Position numbers and translations under genes: made by a program
Assembly (NCBI RefSeq): GCF_006345805.1
Contig: NC_042999.1
Coordinates: forward strand, 18,104,001 to 18,168,000
Origin: Octopus sinensis
Taxonomy: Eukaryota
Direction: 5' to 3'
Length of the DNA: 64,000 nucleotides
Notes under the pieces: generated by a model
Told to the model about the DNA's origin: nothing
The model's input: only the letters and a program-made list of their open reading frames with translations
The model's database searches: none
Shown here: positions 1-13,032 of the stretch, one piece after another
Numbering within the stretch: position 1 is the first letter of the stretch
How the letters are laid out: each line of letters opens with the position of its first letter

Positions 1-310
1 GGACTTCTTCTTCGTAAGCCTAGTACTTATTCTATCGGAGTCTTTTGCCGAACCGTTAGGTTGCTGGGACGTAAACACGCCAGCATCGGTTGTCAAGCGA
101 AGTTGAGGGGACGCACACAGATACACAAACACACACATATATATACATATACATATATACGGCGGGCTTCCTTTCAGTATCCGTCTACCAAATCCACTCA
201 CAATGCTTTGGTCGGCCCGATGCTATAGTAGAAGACACCGGCTGAAGGTGCCACGCAGTGGGACCGAACCTGTAACCATGTGGTTGGTAAGCAAGCTACT
301 TACCACACTG
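1..310 (-). mobile_element. tRNA-derived SINE, family C (CORE-like box), partial, runs off window start
   Basis: Reverse complement matches other family C copies: head GTGTGGTAAGTAGCTTGCTTACCAACCACATGGT, internal (TA)/(TG) tract, GCGGTTCGGCAAAAGA. Confidence 0.85.
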
Positions 311-511
311 GGAAACATTAGGAAGGATGTCTCAACAAGCATACCGAATTCTTATCATAGGTTTATATCCTGAAAATATTAGGCATTAATATATAAACAT
401 ATGTATGTGTATACACACACACACACACACACACACACAAGAACACATACGCTCACAGACACAAGTAGGCACACTCTCACACATGCAAGCACACACACTT
501 ATATATTTATA

Positions 512-907
512 CTAGCAGTATCGCCCGGCGTTGCTCGGGTTTGTAAGGGAAATAACTATATAAGCATTTTTAGAGAGTTATAGCCAAAAAATAGCAAAAA
601 AATGCATTAAAAATGGAAAACCAACGATGGTAAATTTTGTTTTAAATCGTTGACTCATCGTAGGCATTTTAGAGAGTTACTTCCCTTATATAATAGCGAA
701 AAAATGCATTAAAATGGAAAACAATGATGGTAATTTTTTTTTAAATCGTAGACTCATCGTAGACGCACGCTAATACCCAGAAGGGCTCGATATGAATCAC
801 GACTATAAGATACCCGGTTTTGGTTAAACTGCACCGCAAAATGTGGGAGTATTTAGGAATCTAAATCGTAGGAGACAGACACACAACTTCTCTTTTATAT
901 ATAAAGG
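512..907 (-). mobile_element. Non-autonomous Helitron
   Basis: Minus-strand 3' end ACCCGAGCAACGCCGGGCGATACTG-CTAG|T (hairpin plus CTAG); near-identical to 13033-13429. Confidence 0.8.
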
Positions 908-1318
908 TGTAAAGTGGTATAAACGAGAAGAGCGATAAACTAGTGCATCTTATAATTCAGTTTTTGACAATGAATTTTCAAGTGTTAACAAATGCATATT
1001 GGTGGGAGGAAAACTCTGTAGAAATTACGCTAAGTCAAAATTAATTAATTCCCATTTGTTAACTACCGTGGACTCTCCAGTAAAGAAGATTCGTAACTTT
1101 CTAAATATGTGTCTTTGAAAATTAGAATTCAATTTAATTACTAACAATAAGATGAGCAAATATTCAAGCATAAAAGCTGCAAGTGAAATATGATCCAAAA
1201 TTAGACCGAAACACTATATTTGCTATGGAAACGAGATCCTTGGCTGATCTAGTGTACGAGATTGAAGCTAGCTATTTATAAAAGATTCGTATGCAATCAA
1301 TATTAGGTTAATTTTGTT

Positions 1319-1550
1319 GGCGGCGAGCCGGCAGAAACGTTAGCGCGCCGGGCGAAATGCCTAGCGGTATTTCGTCTGTCGCTACGTTCTGAGTTCAAAT
1401 TCTGCCGCAGTCGACTTTGCCTTTTATACTTTCGGGGTCGGTAAATAAAGTACCTGTTTCGCACTGGGGTCGATGTAATCGACTTAATCCCTTTGTCTGT
1501 CCTCGTTTGTCCCCTCTGTGTTTAGCCCCATGTGGGCAGTAAAGAAATAT
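1319..1550 (+). mobile_element. tRNA-derived SINE, family A (Deu/Nin-like central domain)
   Basis: Head GGCGGCGAGC..GCAGAAACGTTAGC, B-box-like GAGTTCAAATTC, GTCGACTTTGCCTTT..CTTTCGGGGTCG..TAAGTACC; ends GTAAAGAAATA. Confidence 0.85.
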
Positions 1551-1739
1551 ATGAGGTTAATTTTTGTCGCCACTATCTACTCATGATACCGAAGGTTATA
1601 TGGTCGTTAAGGAATCCCAAGTTAACTCGCGGAGATATAGTTTAGAAAGAAATTTGTTGGCCCTGGGGCGTACATACGCACACGCACAAACACACAAAAA
1701 TACATGTACATACACACACGCACACGCATGTATATGTAA

Positions 1740-2587
1740 GGTGCGATGGGAAAATTGTTATATTTTTAATTTCGCTCATGCGGATTGATTGTTTTCACTA
1801 TTGTTGACTAGACTGTAGGATCAGTTGCTCACCGTCTGTGAGAAAAACAGTTCTATGACGCAATTCACTCTGACAGAAATTTGGAAACAACATGCTGTAC
1901 TTCTTAGCTCCAATACGAATATTTCAGAGTGTTTGGGTGACACTCTGATGACAGTGCAATATGAGGACATGTACCGAAAATGATAAAAATCAAACATCCA
2001 GTCAACATCATGGTGTTTGTAGTGATCACTAGTGATGGCGATGTTATGCCTCCATTCATCTTCCCACATGGCCTCACATTCAACACGGAGGTCAACATCA
2101 AGTGTCTAGAGGAGGTAGTGCTGCCCTGGGTCAAGAGGGTGGCTGCTGGAAGACCCTATATCTAGCAACAGGACTTTGCACCATACCGCAGGAACAGAAG
2201 ACCCCAATTCAGGCTGCCAGGCAATTTTGGGGACCACATCCTAACATCTGACCAGACTGCAACCGCCTTCATTATTATGTGTAAGGTGTAGTTCGTTCAG
2301 CAAGAGACCGAAAGAATTACTTCTAACACCAAAGATGAACTGAAGACGAGGATAATGGCAGCACTCACCAGCTTAAACAGGAGACCACTCAGAAGGGTTG
2401 CAGAAGATTCCGAAGTTATCTCGACTCTGTGCTTAAAACTAATGGCGATTTTATTGAATAAGTTTACTCATTTGTATTTCAAGATATTTTCATGCAATTT
2501 TGGTAAATATATCTTTTAAAATGAGATGTCAGTGTTGTTTTCTTATTTCCGTAATTTCAGACGATAATTTATTCACTGCCCTCTGTA
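1740..2587 (+). mobile_element. Degenerate Tc1/mariner-superfamily element, maT (DD37D)-like transposase pseudogene
   Basis: Broken translation KHPVNIMVFVVITSDGDVMPPFIFPHGL..LEEVVLPWVKRVAAGRPYI*QQDFAP..PDCNRLHYYV*G..KDELKTRIMAA..DSVLKTNGDFIE* fits the DDD catalytic domain and C-terminus. The right end resembles a TIR (..TTCACTGCCCTCTGTA); the left boundary is uncertain. Confidence 0.75.
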
Positions 2588-3591
2588 AATACATGCGCAT
2601 GAGTATGATTGTGTGTGTGTGTGTGTGTATGTATGTGTGTGTATATGTGTGTGTGGTGTGTGTGTGTGTGCATTTGAGTGTGTGTTTGAGTGTGTGTCTA
2701 CACTCCAGCGCCAACAAGTATACACCGATTTTCCTTCATTTCACAACCTGAATTATTAGCAAAAATGAAACATTGCGTAAATTTGAATAGTGAAGACCAG
2801 CGATTGAAGAAGTGACCTGAATCAGTTTATCCGAGATTAAAAATTAATTAGAAGATAAAGCAAATATTAAATAAAATTAAACAATATTAAATCGTTTATC
2901 TATCATACTTCACATAATATCGCGCCTATAAATTGTTCATATCCCGTTTCTTTTGTTTAGAAAATATGTACCCGTTCAAATACCTACATAAGTAGATTTA
3001 GTTCATTATTTGCAGCCTGCATAAAATATGTAAATCACAGTCTTAATTATCGCAATGACAGCTATAGCCATTTTTCTAACGGATAATGAGACCTTCCTCA
3101 TAATTGTCCATTTAAACAAATAACAATTTGTGTTCTGTGTTATTTTTCTCTATGACTGAAGTATGTTTTATGATTCAATTAAGTTATCAAATATAGAAAC
3201 AAAATATTATGAAAACATATTAAATTTGAGCTGTAAAAGCAACTATTTTCGAATTAATTTTTCACTAACTGTCGTTTCTTGATTGAAAATGAATAGTAAT
3301 TTTCGAAATATTACAGAAAAGGCGGTGTGAATTCACGGACAGATTTCTAGACGTTATTGCAGACCTAGTCAGTACTTAACTATCGTAATTACAAAACCAT
3401 TATAGCCATTTACTGTACCGGAGTGTTAGGAATGAAACTAGTTTCCTTAATATCCCCTTCTTCAGGTATAAAAAAACACTTTTTCGCTAAGATCTCTCAT
3501 TAGTCATTCATTTTGAGATAGTTTTTATCCATCGTGCAGAGTATGAATCAACTATCCATTATATTGGTATTAATATATTTATTTGGGGGAA

Positions 3592-4228
3592 AGGTGGCAA
3601 GTTGGCAGAACTGTTAGCACGCAGGGCGAAATGCTTAGCCGTATTTCGTCTGCCGTTATGTTCTGAGTTCAAATTCCACCTAGGTCGACTTTGCCTTTCA
3701 TCCTTTCGGTGACGTTAAATTAAGTACCAGTTACGCACTAAGGTCGATATAATCGACTTAATCCGTTTGTCTATCCTTGTTTGTCCCCTCTATGTTTAGC
3801 CCCTTTGGGCAATAAAGAAGTAAGAAAGTTTAGCACGCCGGGCAAAATGCGTAGCCGAAATTTCGCGTGCCGTTACGTTCTGAGTTCAAATTCTTCCAAG
3901 GTCGACTTTGCTTTTCATCCTTTCGGTGTCGATTAAATAAGTAGCAGTTACGCACTGGGCGTGGATATAATCGACTTAATCCGTTTGTCTATCCTTCTTC
4001 GTCCTCTCTGTGTTTAGCCCCTTGTGGGTAGTAAAGAAATAAGTATTTGGTCTGCCGCTACGTTCTGAGTTCAAATATCGCCGAGGTCGACTTTCCCCTT
4101 CATCCTTTCGGTGTCGATTAAATAAGTAGCAGTTACGCACTGGGGTCGATATAGTCAACTTAATCCGTTTGTCTGTCCTTGTTTGTCCCCTCTACGTTTG
4201 GCCCCTTTGTGGGCAATAAAGAAATAAT
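3592..4228 (+). mobile_element. Family A SINE, three head-to-tail copies
   Basis: Units at about 3592-3820, 3822-4042 and 4043-4228; the third starts internally at GTATTT(G)GTCTGCC. Confidence 0.85.
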
Positions 4229-4689
4229 ATTTATTTGGTGGATTTAGATTTATCCCAGACTATTCGTTATAGCATGTATGCAGAGTTTTCAACAGCTTTT
4301 AATTTTCTACTGTGTTATAAACTTAGATTCTCATAAAAATATTTACAAATAACAGAATCACCTACCTTTGTAAAATTAACAACAGATGTAGAAAGAATGA
4401 GGATAATGGCGGTGGTGGTGGTGGTGGTGGCGATGATGATGTTGATATTGATGATTATAAGAAATATAACAATTATAAAAATTCTATTTAATTAAAACAG
4501 AAGAGCAGACATTTTTAAAGAAGGGATTAAGTAAAGTGCGTTGAATATGGTATTTGACTAGTACTTTATTTTATCCCTAAATGGTGGAAGGTAAAATCGT
4601 GCTCAGCAGGATTTGTATTGGAAAGCCAGAAAGATTGCTGCGAATAAATTTTGTCCTGACTACTGACGGGGTGTAGAGGTAGGCATTTT

Positions 4690-4910
4690 TATCTGCTTCG
4701 GGCTTAGGCGAACATGTTGAGAAGTGAACCGGATTGGAGGGATTGGAGACAAAGACCTACTTGTTCCGATGGTCAGGTCTGACATACTTTTCAGACTAGA
4801 AAGGCAGCAGTTTGAAAGCATCTACGTCGGTGGAGAGGCTGAGCGAGGTTTTGTATGGTATCCACGAGAAGCGCTATATGGGTGTTACTTGGAATCTGAA
4901 GGGATTTTCT
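4690..4910 (-). pseudogene. Possible highly decayed CR1/L2-group LINE ORF2 C-terminal fragment
   Basis: Minus translation pieces such as IQNLAQPLHRRRCF loosely resemble the LQPLxHRR motif of L2/CR1-group ends; many stops. Confidence 0.3.
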
Positions 4911-5213
4911 TCATTTTGTAATTCTATTTTATTTTAACGTTCTTTTTTTTTTCTGGCTAACATTTTCGCTTACAGAGTGTAAACCAACGGTATATAATTC
5001 CTCCCGTCGTTTCCACAGATGTTTCGCGACCGTAAAACCCTGTAAAATTAATAGTATTTTCATTGGTAGTAGTAATAGTCTTGGTCGTTGTGGTTGTAAT
5101 ATGATTTTCATTAAGTTATGACATCTGGATACGGTTGAAGCGACCTGTCCAAGGCTAGAAACCCCGGGTTCATGTGCAGAAATTTGTGATTTTCATTAAG
5201 TTATGACATCTGG

Positions 5214-5448
5214 ATACTCTTTTACTTGTTTCAGTCATTTGACTGCGACCATGCTGGGGCACCGCCTTTAGTCGGGAAAATCGACCCCAGGACTTATTCT
5301 TTGTAAGCCTAGTACTTATTCTATCGGTGTCTTTTGCCGAACCGCTACGTTACGGGGACATAAACATACCAGCATTGGTTGTCAAGTGATGTTGGGGGAG
5401 GGGGGGGAAACACAGACACACAGACATATACACACACACATACACACG

Positions 5449-5494
<46 letters not shown>

Positions 5495-5653
5495 TAATTC
5501 TGGATTCTTTCAGTTTCCATCTACAAATACACTCACAAGGCTTTGTTCGACTCGAGTGTATAGAAGAAGTCACTTGCCCAAGATACCACGCAGTGGGACT
5601 GAACCCGGAACCATGTGGTTGGGAAGCAAGCTACTTACAACACAGCCACTCCT
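5214..5653 (-). mobile_element. Family C SINE, full length
   Basis: Head AGGAGTGGCTGTGT.. through tail (GTAAAAGA)n, on the minus strand. Confidence 0.9.
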
Positions 5654-5938
5654 TTACCCTGTGTATTCTATTGAGTGTTTCTCTCTTCAATGAGTGTAAC
5701 TCCAAGTTAAGAATCATAATTTACAGCGCATACCGATAGGAGATGAAACCATCTTTACTAATTCTTGTTTCTCCGTTTCCAGGAACCTAGAAATAAATTT
5801 ACGTTCTATACAAACAGTAGAATATTAATGTTTATATTTCGGTATGGTCATTTTTTGATTTTTGGCAAATAAGCACATACCCTGTATATTCGTTCTTCAC
5901 TTGTTTTATTAGTGTTCCAATTTAGTCTTATGCGCATT

Positions 5939-5982
5939 GACCGGATATCTTTCGTCATGTATCTCCGAACTCTTCAGAGGAC
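5939..5982 (-). ncRNA. Decayed hammerhead-ribozyme-like motif
   Basis: GTCCT CTGAAGA GTTC-GGAGATACAT-GAC GAAA GATATC CGGTC: canonical core, imperfect stems. Confidence 0.45.
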
Positions 5983-6375
5983 CTCTTTTCGTCCACTTGT
6001 GTTCTCCTCCTCCACTTAATCCATTCTCCAAAGATTTCCGGTCAATAGATATGAAATAATATAAGAACAGTAATAAACAAGTGAATATATAGTGCGTGTG
6101 TTTGTTTTTCAAAAAAGAAAAAACAAAATCGGTCTCCCATATGACCTCTGCGGCCACTAGCGAAGGCCAGTCAGGGGCCTCAGTGCAGGATAGAATGCCT
6201 TCCCTACGGATCTTTCTTTTTAAACTTCTTAACGAAGCTTTCCAACGACCCTCCCTTATGGAAGAGGATCACAAACTCCTCATCCTTAGCATGGGAAGGG
6301 CCTACAGTTTCTACCTTCGGTGGCACAACTCCCTGCTCCACTTAATCCATTTCCGAACAATGAATATGAGATAAT

Positions 6376-6746
6376 ACCAACCACATGGTTCCGGGTTCAG
6401 TCCCACTGCGTGGCATCTTGGGCAAGTGTCTTCTGCTATAGACCCGGGCTGACCAATGCATTGTGAGTGGATTTGGCAGACGGAAACTGAAAGAAGCCTG
6501 TCGTATATATGTATATATATATATATATATATGTATGTGTATGTTTGTCCCCCTAGCATTGCTTGACAACCGATGCTGGTGTGTTTATGTCCCCGTCACT
6601 TAGCGGTTTGGCAAAAGAGACCAATAGAGTAAGTACTGGGCTTGCAAAGAATAAGTCCCGGGGTCGATTTGCTCGACTAAAGGCGGTGCTCCAGCATGGC
6701 CGCAGTCAGATGACTGAAACGAGTAAAAGAGAAATGAGAAAGAGAA
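6376..6746 (+). mobile_element. Family C SINE, slightly 5'-truncated
   Basis: ACCAACCACATGGTTCCGGGTTCAGTCCCACTGCGTGGCATCTTGGGCAAGTGTCTT.. to tail. Confidence 0.9.
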
Positions 6747-7344
6747 TATAACAACAGCAATAAACAAGTGAAAAACGAGTATATAATGCGTGTGATTATT
6801 TAGCCAAAAAAAAAAAAAAGAAACTGACCATTCCGAAATATAACAACATCTGTTTCATATCGGGAATCTTCCTATATAGAATATTAATTAATATCAGGCT
6901 ATTACATATGCTGCTTACAAATATCATTAATAGGTTAATCATCTAGAAACCATATTTTTCTCTTATCGATATATAATATTCGTACACATTTAGGATAATG
7001 CATTTGAGATACTAATTCTGTTATATTACATAATGTAATCGCTTTAATCATGCAATCACTTAATAATATATAGAGCAATCATTCATATATATGTGACTGT
7101 GATTATTCATATTACATATAGCTGCAATGTAAATATTTTTATTTAAATTGATTATTGAATCAGTAATTCATTTTGTAATTCGTCGACTTCTCTTGAAAAC
7201 AAAAACATTTGAATATATAGAAAATTAAGTCCATTACATTTCAAATATTGTATACTTATGTTGAAACACATATAAACACATCCAAACACAAATATACTAA
7301 TTTCTCTCTCCCTCTCTCTCACCATTTCCGTCAGTCTCTCTTTA

Positions 7345-7655
<311 letters not shown>

Positions 7656-7665
7656 TGCAGATATA

Positions 7666-7997
7666 AGCGCAGGCGTGACTGTGTGGTAAGTGGCTTGCTT
7701 ACCAACCACACGGTTCCGGGTTCAGTCTCACTGCGTGGCACCTTGGGCAGTGACTTGTGAGTGGATTTGGTAGACGGAAAATGAAAGAAGCCCACCGTAT
7801 ATATATATATGTATATATATGAGTGTGTGTTTGTGTGTCTGTGTTTATCTTCCCCAACATCGCTTGACAAGCGATGCTGGTGTGTTTAAGTCCATGTAAA
7901 AAAGACCGATAGAATAAGTACTAGGATCACAAAGAATAAGTCCTGGGGTCGATTTCCTTGACTAAACGCGGTGTAACAAGTAAAAGAATAAAAGGAT
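7666..7997 (+). mobile_element. Family C SINE with internal deletions
   Basis: GCGCAGGCGTGACTGTGTGGTAAG head, shared body and tail. Confidence 0.85.
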
Positions 7998-8001
7998 ATA
8001 A

Positions 8002-8042
<41 letters not shown>

Positions 8043-9538
8043 GTATACACTTATATATATGCATCTGTATATATTGCATATTTACATATGTACATATGCA
8101 TATATGCATGATTATGAATGTATGAATGCATGCATATATTTATGTGTATATGTGTGTATGTGATATGTACCTGTGTATGCGTATATGAACCTATGGGAAA
8201 GCGGTGGTGCAAGTATTTGTGACTACGAATGTGTGTTTATACTGTATATTTTGACGTTATTTATCTCATAACTCTTCAAATCCAAACAGGGTTACTAAGA
8301 TACATATTTAAAGATATATGTATCCAATGCTGTGTCTCTGGAGAGTCATTTTCTTTCTTATAATATAACACACGCACCGGTAAGATTTCCACTTTTTTTT
8401 CTTATTTTTATTTTCCTAAAATTTTCGTTGCGTCTTGCAACCTTTTCAATAGTAAGGCACAAAAAGAAAATGACTCTCCCCAGACACAAAAGAATATGCT
8501 TCAACACACGAACTCATATAAATAGTCTTGCAAACCAAATCCAAAAACGAAATGTATCCATAGTATTTATTAAATTCTGAATTCCCTTCTTGTAACGAAT
8601 TTTCGAAAGCCATTTTATATTTGCATTTGTATTTTTGTATATATATATATATATATATTTTTTATAAATAGTTAATTGTTTTGAATAGGATTTAAATTTT
8701 CCACAAACCATAATTTCTGTGATCCCGAAATTGTAAATCTTCTGAGCTACTGTTTGAAAAGATTTCTGTTTAATTGTGGTTAATTAAAATTTCATTTATT
8801 TTATTGACTTTTGCTGTCTTTTATTAAATTGTTTCCTTATATAAAGGCGCTAATCTTTTCAATCAGCATGTTAGAGATTACGATTGTTTGTTTACATAAT
8901 AAGATATTTATTCTAATTTGAAAATGATGTTTGTCTATACTTATGACGGAATTAATTGTCATCACCATTTATCTCTTCAAAATCATTAGATTTATAAACA
9001 TACATATAAATAAGTCTTATCTTTACATCAGTCATCATTACATATGCGATCAGTTATGTGTTTGTTGCAAATGTCAACATTATGATTGTTATCGTCAGAA
9101 TTATAAATATTACCGGAAGTATTCGCCTGCTCATGAATAGCACATCTAAACCATCATAGTAAATATTTATAACATCAATGTGTTTCCTGTCATCATTTGC
9201 TTTCAAATTTTCGTTGCCACTCACGAGCTCTTCCTTATCACCACATTTCTCTTCCTCCATCTTCTTCTCCCCCTCTTCCTTCTTTTCGGCCCCACCTGCA
9301 CCTCCTCCTTCTTCTTCTCCTCATCATTTGTATAATATTTCACTTCTGATATAGCATAATTCTTTTCGGTCATATACACTTTAACATAGTGGTAATTGAA
9401 CGATTGTGCTTGTGTGGTGTATGCGCTCACACGAGTTTGTGTTTGTAAGATATTTCAAATTCTAAACGCAAATTCACTGCAGTATCCGTGACGAAATATT
9501 CCTCTCTTATTGAAAAATTGTGGGAAAACACCATATGT

Positions 9539-9769
9539 GCGGCGAGCTGGCAGAAACGTTGGCACGCCGGGCGAAATTCTTAGCCGTATATCGTCTGTCG
9601 TTACGTTCCGAGTTCAAATTCCGCCGAGGTCGACTTTGCCTTTCATCCTTTCGGGGTCGATAAATTAAGTACCAGTTACGCACTGGGGTCGATATAGTCG
9701 ACTTAATCCCTTTGTCTGTCCTTGTGTGTCCCCTCTGTGTTTAGCCCCTTGTGGGTAGTAAAGAAATAT
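9539..9769 (+). mobile_element. Family A SINE
   Basis: Full head-to-tail match to other copies. Confidence 0.9.
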
Positions 9770-11752
9770 TCATATGTGCCACTTGTTGCCTCTGTCAGAA
9801 TCCCAGAGGAAATATTTCTAGTTCTTTAGACATTATCAATGGGAAATAGCGATAAGAAATAACGTTGTGTAGTTTTAAAGCCGTAACTTCAGCTAAAAAA
9901 GTAGTCAAGAACATTATTAGACCGCCAGGTCCGAAGAAATTCAACAGTATCGCCATTAACCAACGTTTGGCGATAAGCGAAATTTAGGTTTGCTAAAATA
10001 TGTTTGTGATACATTTCAAATTCCGATGGCAAATTAACTGACTTTACCGTAGAGTAAACAATTCTCTCAGAAGTTAAAAGTTGTAAAGCCACTATATCTG
10101 CCTAGAGTCGCCTGCTGACGGATTCTCAGACGCAGCGTTTTTAGTTTTTTTTGCCGTATCACTAGGAAATACGGAACACAGGTAACTCTGGACAGGTTTA
10201 ACTACTGTCGGGAGTTTTGAAGCATTGATAATCGATAAAGAGGTAGAAACGTTGCGCCTAGGAAACCGAGGGGCAGTAATACTGGGCCAATATGGTGCTT
10301 TTACACTTTTCCCTATAAGGGAGAACGTCTTCTTTTGCTTTGTAACTGCGGTGTTTTTGCCTTTGGAAGTTGAAATGGTTCAAGGCTATATATATTATAA
10401 CTATATATTTTAATAACTTATAGATCACTTATACACGTACACACACACGCACTAACGCGTGGATACACACATACACATACAAACTCAAATACATACACTC
10501 AAAAGCACACACAAACCTACAAACACACGCACACATACAAACACACATACGCACGCAAACACACACAAACGCACGCATAGACACTTACACACACAAGCAC
10601 ACACACGCACACACGCACTCACACAAACAAAAATCCCACCCACACACGCATACACACATACATACATAGCGAATATAGGAGATTGAGAGAATCCCTGTAT
10701 CTCTGTATACTGATAACTTAGACGCACTAAACAAATTTGAATTTACACTCGAAATCTTTACTCCACAGACTTAGACCTGTGTAGAGTTTGAATCAGTTGA
10801 ACTCTACAGACGCACGTTCGCACACAAACACACACACACACACAAATATATATATGTTGGGTGAGAAAAGGATGTCACTTAAACGAAATGGTTTCGAAAT
10901 ACCATGTACAATAGTTCTCTTAAATTTACAGATCGATATATTCTGTTTCTCGTTTTGGTAGCAGCGAATTCATTATGTACGACGTTGCCATCTTACATGA
11001 AACACGTCAGAAATGAATTTTTTTTTAATACTCCAGTATGAATATTCAATTAAAATTCCTGTAATATTCATTGCACTGAAATATTCACATCATTATAATT
11101 ATTTTGAATCATATTTTCTGTAGAGATACCTCGTCTACTTTCCGGTGTGGACATTAAGCAGGAATTTTGAAAGAAAACATCTGCGTCTACATTCACAATT
11201 TTTAGCATACGTCCTCATACATTTCACTTCTTTGTGCTATTTGGAATAAAACGCTCGCTTTTACATAGCTCGTGATAATTGCCATGTGACAGACAATAGA
11301 AATATCTGAAAATAATTTGAATCACGAAAATGAGAAAAAAATGTAATTTATTAACACTATCGTATATCTCTTCATTAATTTATCGAACAGATGCTCTCTT
11401 TATATATTTCAATCTGTGAGTATGTGTGGCTGTGTCTGTGTGTGTGTATGTGTTAGTGTGTATGTATGAGTGCTTGTGTATGCGTTCTATATGTATGTTA
11501 GAATTATTATTGTGTTTTGTCGATAGAAGGAATGCGCAGAATATGATGAAAGTTCAGTAGATTGTACATGTAGTGGGTCTGTGGGAATTGTTCATCTCAG
11601 AAATACATGTACATCGCATATAGAAATATGAACGGAAATTAATTGCAGAGGTACTTAGTTTAAAAATAGTAAAATAGAGAAGCATTTTTTTATGTTAGTT
11701 CAAATATGTTACACAGACAAAAATATATACATACACATATATATGTTTATGG

Positions 11753-11993
11753 TCGGCACGGGTCTATAGTAGAAGACACTTGACCAAGGTGCCACGCGGT
11801 GGGACTGAACCCGGAACCATGTGGTTGGTAAGCAAGCTACTTTATTTCATAACATTTGCCATAAAGGCAGTACATAGAGTAAGTTAGCTTTGTGGGCTGG
11901 ACGAGGACATTAATGAAGTGAATGATAATGAAAGAAAGATGATGGGGATGGGAGAAGACAAAAAGCTACTTACCACACAGCCACTCCTACGCC
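11753..11993 (-). mobile_element. Family C SINE 5' part, interrupted by a 120-bp insertion
   Basis: Head sequence split at AAGCTACTT, which is duplicated at 11834-11842 and 11963-11971. Confidence 0.75.
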
Positions 11994-12031
11994 TATATAC
12001 ACACACAAACACACACACACACACACACACG

Positions 12032-12095
<64 letters not shown>

Positions 12096-12355
12096 TGTAT
12101 ATATACATATATATAGGTTTGGTGTATAACTATTGCGTTTTTTTTTTCAACAAATTTTCTTCCACAAAAACAATAACATGTAACAAAATCATCTTTAAAT
12201 GATTATTCTGGAGCATCTTCACAATTTACTTCACTTGCTTCTTACCATTTGCTTGGTAGACGGTCAAACCGTCATTAAAAAATGTAATTTTTAAATATTG
12301 TTATCGTTTTTTTGTTGAAAGGCCGCAATAAAAATGCACCAAACTAATATATATA

Positions 12356-12443
<88 letters not shown>

Positions 12444-12502
12444 GATTGATTGATTGATTGATTGATTCCAGTTTCAGCTCATGAGCTGTGGCCATGCTGG
12501 GG

Positions 12503-12548
<46 letters not shown>

Positions 12549-12554
12549 CCTGGT

Positions 12555-12662
12555 CGCTTAGCCAGCGGGGTGGCGTCATTCGAAGGCTAAAACAATGCGA
12601 ACGCATTGTGAACAGCGATGTGTAACTACATCTGATGGACTGGTCGGTCACGTGATCACGTG

Positions 12663-12665
<3 letters not shown>
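12555..12665 (+). mobile_element. Family B1 SINE 3' fragment within (TA)n
   Basis: GCTTAGCCAGCGGGGTGGCGTCATTCGAAGG..GTCACGTGATCACGTGAT, same as the 3' end of 61274-61587. Confidence 0.85.
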
Positions 12666-12712
<47 letters not shown>

Positions 12713-12924
12713 CAGAGAGAGAGAGAGAGAGAGAGAATCAAGGGGAGACTGGGGGACAGCCAAATGAGAGTGAGTGAGACATTTTTTAAATATTTAGTTC
12801 CATCACATTTTCTTTGTCTTCTTAGCATAATGTAACCAGTATCTATGTTTAGACAAAATTAGGAGAAAATCCAGTTATTGTGTCATATTCGGAGCCGTTT
12901 ATATCTTTACATACTATTATTGGA

Positions 12925-12985
12925 TTGGCTTGTGTAGTATAATTCCTCGCCATATCGCGCTTCACATATCGCGGTTTATTATTTA
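12925..12985 (+). mobile_element. Possible Tigger/pogo-type terminal inverted repeat fragment
   Basis: AATTCCTCGCCATATCGCGCTTCACATATCGCGGTTT resembles Tigger-type termini; partner end not found. Confidence 0.3.
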
Positions 12986-13032
12986 AGCTTACGTCAATTC
13001 TTCCATTGTGTTGTTTTGCATTTATAATAAAA

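Larger units (their letters stand above)
5815..6860. mobile_element. Cluster of Penelope-type pLTR-like fragments (one minus, two plus), split by a SINE
   Basis: Motif AATAAACAAGTG..TATA..GCGTGTG..TGACCAT(T/A)CCGAAAT occurs at about 5820-5960 (-), 6010-6130 (+) and 6330-6375/6750-6860 (+). It also matches 62360-62450 (-), downstream of a GIY-YIG ORF. Confidence 0.5.

Noticed and set aside
9054-9430. Two overlapping minus ORFs resembling a charged protein with a C-terminal hydrophobic segment
   Set aside because: Composition fits decayed (GAA)/(GAT)/(AAT) repeats; needs a frameshift; no splice or homology support.
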